Shown in pieces: positions 52,660 to 64,000 of a stretch of DNA of 64,000 nucleotides (position 1 is its first letter; each line of letters starts with the position of its first letter). A program made the position numbers and the translations under genes. Source of the DNA: Vicugna vicugna. Lineage: Eukaryota. Below the pieces are notes generated by a model. It was not told the origin of the DNA, did no database searches, and saw nothing but the letters and a program-made list of their open reading frames with translations. The DNA is taken from contig MU058844.1 in the NCBI GenBank assembly GCA_013265495.1, positions 7,253,260 to 7,317,259 of the forward strand, in the 5' to 3' direction.

Positions 52660-53910
52660 TCAGTAGTAATCATGAAAATTTAATGAAATTCTACAATGCA
52701 CACACAGCAGATTGGCATGAAACTAAAGAGACTGGAAATAATACATGTTGGCTAAAGTATGGAGCAAGAAGTTCTCTGAGACACTCCTAGTAGAAGTTAA
52801 ATAAGTATAACTTCTTTGGAAAAGTGTTTGGTTTTATGTGGCAAAGTTCAGCATATACTTATCCACGACCTAACAGTTCTACTCTACGGTGGATGTTCTA
52901 CAGAAACTCATATACAAGTACACCAGAGTAAGTGTCAAGAATATCCACAGCAGCATTGTTAGTACTAGCCCACACCTCAAAACCATTGAAATGTTCACTG
53001 TTACTAGAATAAAAATGTTATATGGTCATACAGTGAATTAACAAACATACAACAATCAAATGTACTGAACCCCAGCCATATGTGAGTATGTATGTATATC
53101 ATAAAAACAATACTGAAAGATACAAATACAAGATAAAATGTACAATATGATTACATTTATTAAAAGGTCAAAAATACACTAGTATATCTTTTGGGGGACA
53201 TATGCATAGATAGTGTTTTAGTCCATTAGGGCTGCTGTAACAAAAATACCATAGGCTGGGTGACTTAAACAACAGATACATTTCTCATAGTCCGGGGGTT
53301 GACAAGTCTACAATTAAGGTCCCAGCAGATTTGTTGTCTGGTGAGAGCTCACTTCCTGTTTCATGTTGCATCTTCTTCCTGTGTTCTTGCTGTGGGTGAA
53401 GGGGTGAGGGAGCTCTCTGGGGTCTTTTTAATGAAGGCATTAATCCTGTTCATGAAAACACTGTCCTCAGGAGCATGTCACCAACAAAAAGTCCCACCTC
53501 CAATTACCATCACATAGAGGGTTAGAATTTCAACATACGAATTTGTGGTGGGGAGGACACAAACATTCAGGCTAAAACATTCAGGTGGTAAAAACATGAA
53601 TAAAAACAAGAGTAATTACCGTCATAGTCATCATATCTTACTTGTAGGAACCTTTTGGGATACATACTAGATGGTAAAAATATTTTTAAAATATAAAGCT
53701 GTTTACCATAAATGTTAGTATTAGTAGTTACTCCTAAGGGGTGGGTGAGATCAAGCAAGAACACATAAAAGACTTATGCGTAGATCGCAAGTTTCTCCCC
53801 AGCCTAGTTGGTGGTCACTTGGGCATTGGTTTTCCAGTTATTTGATATGCTGCATGATGCAATTTTATGCACTGTCTTTATATATGTTATTTTTCATATT
53901 TTAAAAGGCA
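52660..53910 (+). mobile_element. L1ME-like 3' end interrupted by MLT1A
   Basis: tgttggctaaagtatggagcaag, cttctttggaaaagtgtttgg, acagcagcattgttagtactagc; resumes after 53580. Confidence 0.75.
53214..53579 (-). mobile_element. MaLR solo LTR (MLT1A-like)
   Basis: tgttttagtccattagggctgctgtaacaaaaataccataggctggg ... tttcaacatacgaatttg...gacacaaacattcag; TG...CA ends. Confidence 0.9.
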
Positions 53911-56559
53911 AATGCATAAGTGTATTTGTTTTAAGAAACCCAGAATCCAAAGTAAGATTTCAAAATCTCTGATACTCCAAAAATAACATTTGTACAATTA
54001 ATGAATAGAAGAAAATTTGATTAAGCAGAAGTTAACAAAGTGCTTACTTAAACTGTCATTTGACTCTAAATTTGAAAATTAGGTATGGAATAGAGTCTCT
54101 ACGAATGTGAAACACATTTTTCCTTATATTTTGTAATGTAGAATCTTAAATTTATGTGAAACTAGGAATAACGGTTTGGTTTACCATCCAGTCTAAATAT
54201 TCAAAATTACTGCCAACCTGAGAGATTTGATATAATATATTCAGACTAAGCTGATACACTAAAAAAGTGAACACCAATTATAGGGACACAATAAAATCAT
54301 AGGGGAGGTAGAAGAAGTAACACAATATTATAAGTTTCACTTTTGCATCATTTCCAATAGTTTATTATTCAGGCAAATCATAATCCCAGAAAGATTATAC
54401 CCTCTCTGTGGCTAACTACAACAGTCCAAGTAAAATATTTCAGTCCTTCGTGGGCTAGGTTATATAGCTAAAAAGTGGGCTAGTCACTAAATAGATCTCT
54501 TTAAGTCTCTAGACAGACTTAACTCCTTCACTCACCCATTATGGAGTTTCTATTATTTTTTTTATAATAATTTTTTATATCTGCTGTCATCCGCACTTGC
54601 CCAGTTGTTAACTGACTCTAGGGTTTAAATAAATCCAGACCATGAGAAGTTATCCTGACTCCTTTTTTTTTGGTGCTGTAGTAAGATTTTCTCACAGTCT
54701 TGTTTGATAGTATAGCTGCCATTTCATAGAATTTTTTTTCTTTCCACTGAACTTTTCTGTCATTACCAATATTTCTTCATAGTTTATACTTTTCCAATTA
54801 CATAAGAAAGGGGCATAAGGACTTCCCAATATACACACTTGGATCCTGACAGCTCTTTCCACACCTTTTGTGGTATCTAAAACAAAGACTGTATGGATCA
54901 TAGACATTCCTTTCGCCACTCCTGGATTTTGGTATCACTTTGACTGATTCGTGCTGAGTAACTTATCTCTCCACTGGACATCTGCTTTAATTTGAAGGCT
55001 GACCTATGGGGACACATAGTCACTCCAATTTCACTTAGAAAAGCTCTCTTCTGATACCTCTCTTTCAATGCTTAGGACATTGCACGTTTCCTCTGCATTC
55101 TATAGAACAACCTTTAGGCACATGAGGATTTTATCTCTTCATAGGTTCAGGTCATAGTTCCAGAATCCCAGACATGTAGGCATAGAGCTGGAGGCTGTTT
55201 TGTCAGTATTTCCCCACGTTGTGGGTGATCACAATTTTAGACCAAGGGTCATGTCAGGTTGATTTCACCCGAGAGCCTAAAGAAGAGTTTGCATGAAGTA
55301 GATGTCCTGGCTGCTTAATTGTCTCTTCTAGTCGTAAGCCCAGTCAAGGGACAGCCAGACATAGGTGAGTGGAAGTCGCAGCCCATAGATGTGTGACTTG
55401 TATTGAGAAGTATTAAAGACAGTGGCTTGTCTGAAGAATGTGGGGGACACTTTCTTTTTTTTCTTACAGCCATATAAGTAAGAATTTAATACTAAAAACA
55501 AAATCTAAAGTTTTAATACCTATCCTGTATAAAATTTTTAATTTAAATTGCCTTATTTTCAACATAAATTTTGAGTACTATTATTCTTTCTAGACTATTA
55601 GTTGCTAAATATTGTTATATCAAAAACTAAATGAAATGTATAACATAAATAGAAGTAATATGTAGGGCACAAGACATGAGACTACATGAGAAAACACATT
55701 TTGTGTGCTAGTTTTCAGTTACCATAAAATTCAATTTTAGATTTGAAACCAAAATTTTGCACTAAAAAATAAGTACTTGGTTTTCACAGCAATCATTTGT
55801 TTGTAGATTTTCTGTTTTGCCTTTTCCTCACTCAAAATAAAGTTTCATAAGAATATTCTGAGAGAGAAATCAACAGTCCTGCCATATGTTGTAGCCTGTG
55901 GCTTCTGAGGGAAATTAATAACATCTGTAATTGGAAACTTTGTTGAAACCAAATCTCCAACGAATGGCACCACAAATGCTATTATTGACTCGGAAAATTA
56001 CTGTCTAAATAAAAGTGAAAATCCAAGTTTCAGGCCATTATTATTTCCTTGCCTCAAGTTAATTTCCTCTACACCACTTTCCCACTGATGACAGCCACCA
56101 GCTTTGATAAACCACAGAATATTACTATTCAGATGCCATAAATAGCACAAAACATACCCATACTGGAAAATCCTTCAAGATAGTAGCTCTGTTCTCATTC
56201 CAGACTGAAAATATTTTTTTCAGGGTGATAAACAGATAGGACAGCTAACCCCAGTGGCACTCTGGTACTCACAAGCATATAATATTTTAGTGTAAATATC
56301 TGTAGCATTACTTGTCTTATTTAGCACATAGGTCTTATCTGCATGTCCAGTAAATATTTTGAAGAAAAGAACATACTTGTAAAATAATAATTTTGTAAAA
56401 CAATAGCAATAGTATAGAAAGTATCACTTTGAAATCATAATGTGTGTGCTGACAAATCACAATTTTTAGCTATTAAGCCAAGAGCCAGACTAGTCACAGA
56501 GATTTGCAGATCCAGGAAGGAACACATCATCTTGTTTCTTGGCATCTCCCATGGGTAGT

Positions 56560-56720
56560 TCTTAGTATTCTATTTTAACTGCAAACACCCACGTTTTTCA
56601 GATAAAGAACCTAAAGCTTTTAGAAACTAAGCAGCATTCTTAGAAGTAAGCCATTCATTCAAGAACCACAATTCCAGGTCTGGTCTACCTGAATTCAAGG
56701 TCTGTAATATTTCCAATCAT
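56560..56720 (-). mobile_element. MIR fragment
   Basis: cgtttttcagataaagaacctaaagct...ccaggtctggtctacctgaattcaaggtctgt. Confidence 0.5.
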
Positions 56721-57367
56721 GTGTCCTTGCTCTTCTCCCCTCTTCTCATCAGTATCCTACAGACATATAATCCTTATTCCTCAATGTTATGAAGAGTACT
56801 CTCATGGTGTCCTGGATGATGCAGTGAGGTGTGAGAAGGTGCAGGTATGGAAATCAGGTGGAAGGCATTGGAACAGTTGGGCTAGAGGCAGTGGGCATCT
56901 AGAAAAGAAAATGTCATAAATAGAACAAGAGAAGAAGAAGTCTAAGTGTTATATATACGAAATATATAAGACATAATGGGTCTTTTAATGTAAGGTATGC
57001 AGAAGGAGGCTGCTTCACTCTATATGACTTTTGATGTCCTGATAAAAATATGAGTTAGGATAATTAGATTCATCTTTTAGAAACTTGGAATCGGAAAACA
57101 TGAGACGAGCCAGTAGCTGCTGAGCACTTAAGAGGAAAAATGTAAAAACTCCAGACACTCAGAGAGGAGCAGAGATGTAATGACTGAGAGAAGTTCTGGC
57201 CCATGATAAATAGAAATTTGAATTCCTCATGGCTTTCAAATTCCAGTTGCACTCCATAAGAGGTCTGGATATATTTTGGTCTGTCTGTGGGTTTCTGTGA
57301 GATTACAGCATGTACTCATATAAAAACCACTTGCCTGAGTTGGTTCAAGTAAGTCTTTATTTTTTAT

Positions 57368-57757
57368 TGAAAAAGAAAAGAAAGAAAGAGAGGGAAGGAT
57401 GGAAAGAGAAAGACAGAAAGAAAGAGAAATAGAAAAGAAAAAAAGGAAGGAAGGAAGGAAGGGAAAAGAGAGAAAGAGAAAGAAAGGAAGGAAGGAAGAA
57501 AAGAAATAACTCTTTAACTGAGAAGGAACACACATTGTTGAGAAAGGTCTGTGTTAATGGTGATAGAAGCAAAAAGGGGTTAAAGATGTTAAGGAAGAAA
57601 GAAAGGAAGAAAGAAAAGGAAGGAAGGAAGGATGAAAGAAAGAAAGCAACAAAGAAAGCAAGAAAGCAAAGAAAGCAAGAAAAGAAAGCAAGAAAGCAAG
57701 AAAGCAAGAAAGAAAGAGGAAGGAAGGAAGGAAGGAAAGAAGGAAGGAAGGAAGAAA
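57368..57757. repeat. Compound purine-rich microsatellite (GAAA, GGAA, GCAAGAAA) in two blocks
   Basis: Blocks ~57368-57505 and ~57592-57757 separated by an ~85-bp mixed spacer. Confidence 0.95.
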
Positions 57758-58894
57758 CGAAACCAGTGAGAGAGAACTGTGGACAAGAGGTGCTATAGGC
57801 ACAAATACGTAACTGCTTTCCAGATATCCACTTACATGATCCCAGCTGAGTAATGAAACAGGACATCATGTATTCATTTGAAAGAAAACTTAAGGAAATT
57901 TGTCTATAGATCAAGTTCAATGTGAACCAAAGTGACGGAAAGACTGGTCCCACATCATAGAGTGATTAAAAATAACTTTATTGTATCCAGGATAGTATTG
58001 TTTCTAGTATAAGGATTTATGCTTAACACCCTTCAACCTCACATTTTATTTTTAAAATTATATTAATGAAATTAAAGGTTAAAATGAAGCTACTTGCTTA
58101 AAAAAAATAAATGAAAATTGTATAAATTAACTATATAAGGCTAGGCTAAATACTATGAAAAATCTACTGTGAAGAGCAGTCTCATTAAAAATAAATTGCA
58201 AAATTGGCTTTATATTTAGAAGGAAAAATAAATCATAGTCAGGAAAAAATTTGAAAAACATTTCAAGGTAAAATTGGCTCCAGGCATGCCTGGTTTTGTC
58301 AGGAAGTGCTTACAAACTTTCAAGAAATAAATAATCTCACAGTTATTTACCAGTCTAGAGAGGATAATCAATCTATGTATCTATCATCTATCTATCTATG
58401 TATTGCATATGTGTAGATGTGCTAAATATAACATATACATATATATATGTATTTACCTTAATAAAATAAAACAATTTTGAAATGTAAATACATTGACATA
58501 ATCATTATAATTAAAGCCTTCATTGTGTTAAAAAGAAAATTTTATGTTAATTTAGCTATAAACAAAGGCCTCCAGTATATCGTATTATTGCCTGTTTTGA
58601 AGTAGGAAGTAAGGATTCTGCAGATAAAAAGTAATCTTTTTGGTTTTATACCGTAGTATTTTTAATGCTGTCTTAACCTAACTCATATTCACCCAGTAAC
58701 ACATGGCCCCAATGTCAGGTATTCCTTAGCCAAAATGTTCTCCAATCCTTTATTTTGAAATTCTGATTTATCTAATATATATATTCCTCTATCAGAACGC
58801 TTGGGAGCATCTGTAGAAAGATTAGGCAAGAGGTGTCTAAGTGGTTATGCGGAAGACAGGTGGGGAAAAGAGAAGGGAATAAATCATTGTGTTC

Positions 58895-59005
58895 TAGTCT
58901 ATGCTAAGCATTGTGATGATTACTTTATCCTTAATCCTCATAAGCTAACAAAGTAATTATTCACATTTGATAGATTACAAAATAGAATCAGAGACAGTTA
59001 ATCTG
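58895..59005 (-). mobile_element. MIR fragment
   Basis: atgctaagcattg...ttaatcctcataag...attattcacatttgatagatt. Confidence 0.55.
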
Positions 59006-59119
59006 ACTTTACTTTGCAAGTGCTTTCCCGTACAGTAGAGCATGCTATCACTCTAAATGTGAAAACAGTAGATCAAAATTCAAGGTGAAAAATCTCAATT
59101 ACATTAATGAAGGACATTA

Positions 59120-59360
59120 GAGGACAGTGGTTAAGACCACAGAGTAAAACTAGACGGTCTGGTTTCAAATTCAGTTCTGAGATTTATTGTTTGCGACCTT
59201 GGGCAAATTTCATAACCTACTGTACTTTAATTGCTTCAGCTTTAATGAAGAGATGGTAATAAATCCTGCTTCCTAGTGTATTATAAAAGACACAAAGAGT
59301 ATACATATATATAAACACCTAGGAAAATGCTTGGTACTTAGAGCTGTATAGGTTTGCTAG
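59120..59360 (+). mobile_element. MIR
   Basis: cagtggttaagaccacaga...gtctggtttcaaattcagttctg...gcgaccttgggcaaatttcataacct. Confidence 0.85.
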
Positions 59361-59599
59361 TAATTGTTTCATAAAATTAAACTTAGTAGGGAAAAATAAG
59401 AATTTTCTGTCCTATAAACCAGAACATACTTCCTGGTCACTGTTGTGCCCCTTCTACAAACAAGACACGGTGAATCTGCTAATTTCTTTTTTCTTAATTC
59501 TTCAATAGTCTTTTTAACTATCTCAAGTAAAGTGAAATTTCCTATAGCTTTTTTTTTTTTGAGTATTAATATCCTTCTCTAACTTAGAGCAATCGCCCT

Positions 59600-59818
59600 A
59601 GGTAATAGTTAATTTTTTGTGTCACTTGCCTGGGGCCTCAGTGCTCAGCTATTTGTTCCTGTGAGGGTGTTTTTGGATGAGATTTACATTTAAGTTAGTG
59701 GACTTTGAATAAAGCAGGTTGCTGTCCATAATGTGGGTGAGACTTATCTGATCAGCTGATGGTCAGGATAGAACAAAAGGCGTGACATCCCTGAGTAAGA
59801 GGGAATTCCCCAGCAGAA
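59600..59818 (+). mobile_element. ERVL LTR (MLT2-like) 5' fragment
   Basis: gttaattttttgtgtcacttg, ctgtgagggtgtttttggatgagatttacatt, aaagcaggttgctgtccataatgtgggtg. Confidence 0.85.
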
Positions 59819-59819
59819 T

Positions 59820-61040
59820 GGAGAGTCATCCAGGATGTTGCATGTATAACAGATATTTTTCCTTTTTATTTCTGAGTGTCATTCTAGGGTATAGGTGTAC
59901 CACATTTTATTTAATCAGTCACCAATTGAAAAATATCTGGGTTATTTTCTGCTGAGGTTATTATGAAAAAGCTCCATTGTATAGTAGTTGTATGTGTAGT
60001 TTTTTGTTTGTTTGTTTGTTTAAAGAAACTGCCAATCTGTCTTCTGGAATTGTCATTTTACATTCCCACTGACAATGCATAAATGATCCAGTTTCTCTAC
60101 ATCTTTCCAGGTTTTGATGTTGTCTCTATTTTTCCCTCTTCTGATAGATATTCAGTTTCTCGTTATGGTTTTAATTTGTATTTCACTAATGGCAAACAGC
60201 TATTCATATGCTTGCTTGCCATTTGTTTATCATCTTCAATAATATGTCTATGCCCATTTTCTAATTTGTTTGTTTTTCTGTGAAGTTAGAGTTCTTCATA
60301 TATTCCAAACACTAGGCCCCTGTCAGATACATGTGGTTTGCAAATATTTTATCCCAGTGTGTAGCTTGTCTTTCCATCCTTCTAGCAAAGTGTTTACCAA
60401 AGCAAAAAGTTTTAATTTGATAAACTCTAATTTATTAATTTTTCCCTTTATGGAATATTCTTTTGGAATCAAATCTGAGAACTCTTTATCTAACCTTAGA
60501 TTTCAAAGATTTTCTCCTAGATTTCTTTCTAAAAGTTTTCTGGTTTCATGATTTATATTTAGGTCCATGATCCATTTCAAGTCAGGGTATATTACAATCT
60601 TGAAAGGGTAACATTCTAGGCTCACCCCAAACTTTTGCTGGCATGTATGCAGGTGGGGCCACATTTTTTTCCTGTGGTGTTTGAATGGAGTACAGCTGTT
60701 ATTGTCTATAAATTTCTTGGGCTTTTGCTTAGAGATAGCAGACTTGGGGGAAGTTTTTATTGGTTGTTTTTTTGGGGGGGTTGCTTATTTTTTGTCTGTT
60801 CTTGCTGGCATTTCCGAGTTGCTGGCTTCTTATCTCCATGTCTGAAATATATGAGGCCAAAAAAAACCCTAGGGAACTCAGCACCGTGTCATTCACCAGA
60901 TCCCAAAGTGGCTAGTCAATCTGCCTCATTCTCTTCACCTTTAGAGTCCTTTTATGTTTGTTTTATATATAATATGCAAGAGTTTTAGTTATATTAAATA
61001 GTAGGGACAGAGAAAATTGTGTCTACTACCTCTTCCCAGA
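59820..61040 (-). mobile_element. L1 fragments (ORF2 end/3'UTR to ~60585, then old L1 5'-type sequence)
   Basis: ttttacattcccactgacaatgcat, gcttgccatttgtttatcatcttc, tttaggtccatgatccattt; 60590-61040 less certain. Confidence 0.75.
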
Positions 61041-61069
61041 AGTGGCAATCCTCACTTAAGATTGAATTT

Positions 61070-61200
61070 GCATTTGTTTCTTCATCTTATAAGAGAATAT
61101 AGAAATACAGTCTTACACATGAGTCCACTGTATGAATTTAATGAGTTAGTATATTTAAAGTATCTATAAAAGTGTGTGATATAATAAGCACTTAATATTT
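61070..61200 (+). mobile_element. MIR 3' fragment
   Basis: gtttcttcatcttataag...aatttaatgagttagtatatttaaagt...taataagcacttaatattt. Confidence 0.6.
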
Positions 61201-61984
61201 GATGTATATAATTAATATATAATTATTTCTCTTTTATGTCTAACTAATGAATTCCATGTAGCTAAATAGAATCCCATGTTAAAGATTTATGTATGATTTA
61301 ATTCACATGCACAAACACAATTTGAACTGTAATAGATTCAGAATAACAATACTTTTTAATAATTGAAAGTTGTCCTGAAAATCACAAAAATTGCTCCTCT
61401 TTTCAAAATACTTGTTGTATCTTTGACTATAAATTCTATAAGGGAAGGAAACAACTGAATTCCCCTAGGCCTATTACATGGGATGTCATTGATATGTGTG
61501 TTGGATGAATGATAGGTGTTTCAGAATTTAGTTTAGGCTGTAGCCCAAACCTCCTATTTTTTATGATGCATGAAAAAGGAACTGAAGCTTTCTCTGCCTC
61601 TTCTTTTTCCTTTCTTTTCCTCTCTTCTGTTTTTCTTCCCTTCCTTTCCTGAACAATTTAGTCCTACAGGGTTTAGCAGGGCTAGGCATTATATGCATCT
61701 GGATTTAGGAGAATCACAGTAGTCCAGTGTTAATTCAGAGCCAGCCTTTGCATGAGGAAGAAGTTCAAACTGGCAGGTAGCTTTGCTCAAGAGCCAGAGC
61801 CCAGGAAAGATAAGGAAGCTGTCTGATTGAGGGGCTTGGAGTTTCACAGCTGCAGTGGCCTGAGGTGGTATATGGGAGGTTGCCCAGCACAGGTTGGAGG
61901 GTGAGGATTAGAGGTAAGGAGGTACCCACATATGAAAGGGCAGTCAGGTGCAGGGTGTCAGAACCCAACCAAAAACAGAAGGAA

Positions 61985-62650
61985 ATCTGTGCAGGAAGGC
62001 AATATTGAGAATTTGGTTATGTACAGGAGGACCATTCAAATAAGTATATTCATGGTGTATAATGGGAGCCAGGTGTCTCACTGTCTGAGAAGGGAGTCAT
62101 GAATTAAAAAAAAGAGAGAGAGAAGGCTAGTAAGCCTCGTGGTTTGGGACCGATATTGATGGTATCAGTATGAACTCATGGTCTTCGATATAAATTTAAA
62201 TAGGTAGAAAAATAAATATAGATGTATAATTTAGTCACAAGCTTTGTACACTAAGCTCATTCAAGATTAATGAGCACACTTCAGGACATGGCTTTACATA
62301 CCAACCTCCACTAAAAAGAGAAACTAGAACTTTTTTGGAAAAAAAAGGTTGATTCCAAGGCTGAGTCAGGGAAATTTCAAAGGACCCTACAACATTTAGT
62401 TTATAAAATAACAAAGTGCTTAAAGAATAATTCAGCCTTGTCAAAAGGACCTAGAAATAGCTTGAAGGTTCTTTTGCTGCCTCAAATGGAGATACTGAGA
62501 ATCAAAATATATATAATCATAATAACAGATCACAAAGTGCTGAATAAAATAAGGGTGTATGTATTTGTACTGACTTTAATTAATGAATGTAGAATATTAT
62601 GAGCAATTAGATATTTATGTAGCCTCAAATTACCTCATGACAGAATACTG
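61985..62650 (+). mobile_element. L1MC4-like 3'UTR fragment
   Basis: gggagccaggtgtctcactgt, ggtatcagtatgaactcatgg, ggttgattccaaggctg; homologous to parts of 51270-51930. Confidence 0.75.
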
Positions 62651-62684
62651 CATTCTATGAATTGACACACAATGACAGTGTGTC

Positions 62685-62807
62685 GATATCTGGTGATGTT
62701 AACATTGATCATTGATTGAGACGGGATCTTCCAGGCTTCTGTGCTGTAAATATATTATTTTCTTCTCTTTGTTGTTAAGAAGTATTCTACTGGGAGGTAC
62801 TTCAAGG
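62685..62807 (-). mobile_element. L1MC4-like 3'UTR fragment in opposite orientation
   Basis: ggtgatgttaacattgatca...ccaggcttctgtgctgtaaa...aagaagtattct. Confidence 0.7.
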
Positions 62808-64000
62808 AAACTAGAATTTAGGATCAATGTATATAGGATTTAAACTGCTAATCAATATATTACATTTTCTTGTGTTTTATATTATTCTTCTGTGGATTTA
62901 CAGAATGCATTATGAATAAGAATTACTCTGTATTTTTTGCACCCAAGTTTAGTCTCAGATGTTTTTGATACCAAATAGGTGATATTGAGATATAAATATT
63001 AATGAAGTAACTTATTACCAAACTCTCATCTTTTTGGAAACAGAACTTAAAGTATATGAATAGCTTTTACTTGTGAACCAAATTTTTCTTGGATTTATAT
63101 CCTCTCTATGGAGTATACAAGGCAATTTTTTCAAAAAGGAAAGGTTTATAAAATACATAATCACTATATGCCACATTGTGCTGAGCACTTTACATGTTAT
63201 CTTAGGCGTTTTTCATATTAACTTTTTCTGCATTTTGTAAATAACATATGGAGTCGACTATCACAAATACTTTATATTAGAGCTAGGATTTAAAACCACA
63301 CTGCAAGAATACAAACCCCTTTTTGTGCCACAACACAACCAGCTACCAATTATGAGTTGTCGAGCAATTATTTGCCAGAAACTAAGGCATGATGTTGAAA
63401 TTTGAATTTCAAATAGCTTTTCAATGTTGTCCCTTATTTTTCCCCTACATTCACAAGGAAATAGTCTAATCTGCTCCATCCTCCTGGGTAAATGTCTTCC
63501 GTAACATAGACTTTTAAATGACTGAGCCCCATAACATATTCAACTTATAAGTTTTACCCTACTCCTTCCACGCTTAACACTTTGTCTTTCCACTTTTTAT
63601 TTCTTCTTAAATTACCCACTCTCATGTCTTGGATTTCCTTTAAGAAACCAACTAAGTGTTTTGCATAGAGTGCCAGGCTTTCTGTAGATACTGATTTAGA
63701 TTTAAATAGTTTAATAATAATGTCAACTTATTTCCTCTTCTAAAATTTATTCCAGCATTTAGATATATTACAAAAAGTAGTGAAATTAAAAGTTCTAAAG
63801 AAAACTATGGCTGAAATGTTGCTGGAATAATTTAAGACAGATGATATAGTTAGCAACATGCATTTTCTGTAGACACAGAGCAAAATCCAAACAAGTGATT
63901 TTTTTTTTTCACTTCTGACTAAAAGTTACAGTGAGAAAATACTGTCTTGTGGTGGGAAGAAACATATTTGAGGTTTTATTTTAGTGAGTCCAAGAAATGT

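Noticed and set aside
57236..57953. Longest ORFs in the window (up to 198 aa)
   Set aside because: Translations of the GAAA/GGAA microsatellite; low complexity

Overview
AT-rich, CpG-poor mammalian genomic DNA that reads as intergenic or deep-intronic. Two tRNA-derived SINEs of the camelid (vic-1-like) type point to a camelid host. I found no credible protein-coding exon, RNA gene or CRISPR array; the listed ORFs are chance ORFs or decayed LINE-1 fragments. A large part of the window is recognisable transposon debris: L1 of several ages, L2, MIR, MaLR/ERVL/ERV1 LTRs, MER5 and MADE2. Subfamily names come from recalled consensus motifs and most boundaries are approximate. The most notable structures are: (1) an old ~385-bp inverted duplication (18852-19237 vs 21436-21810) that includes non-MIR sequence; (2) a 251-bp poly(A) retro-insert with an exact 15-bp TSD inside an MLT1 LTR; (3) an L1 with twin-priming 5'-inversion geometry and younger insertions at the junction; (4) a young near-perfect 16-bp minisatellite inside L1 ORF1; (5) a strong CTCF motif. 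I see no evidence for a new gene system.
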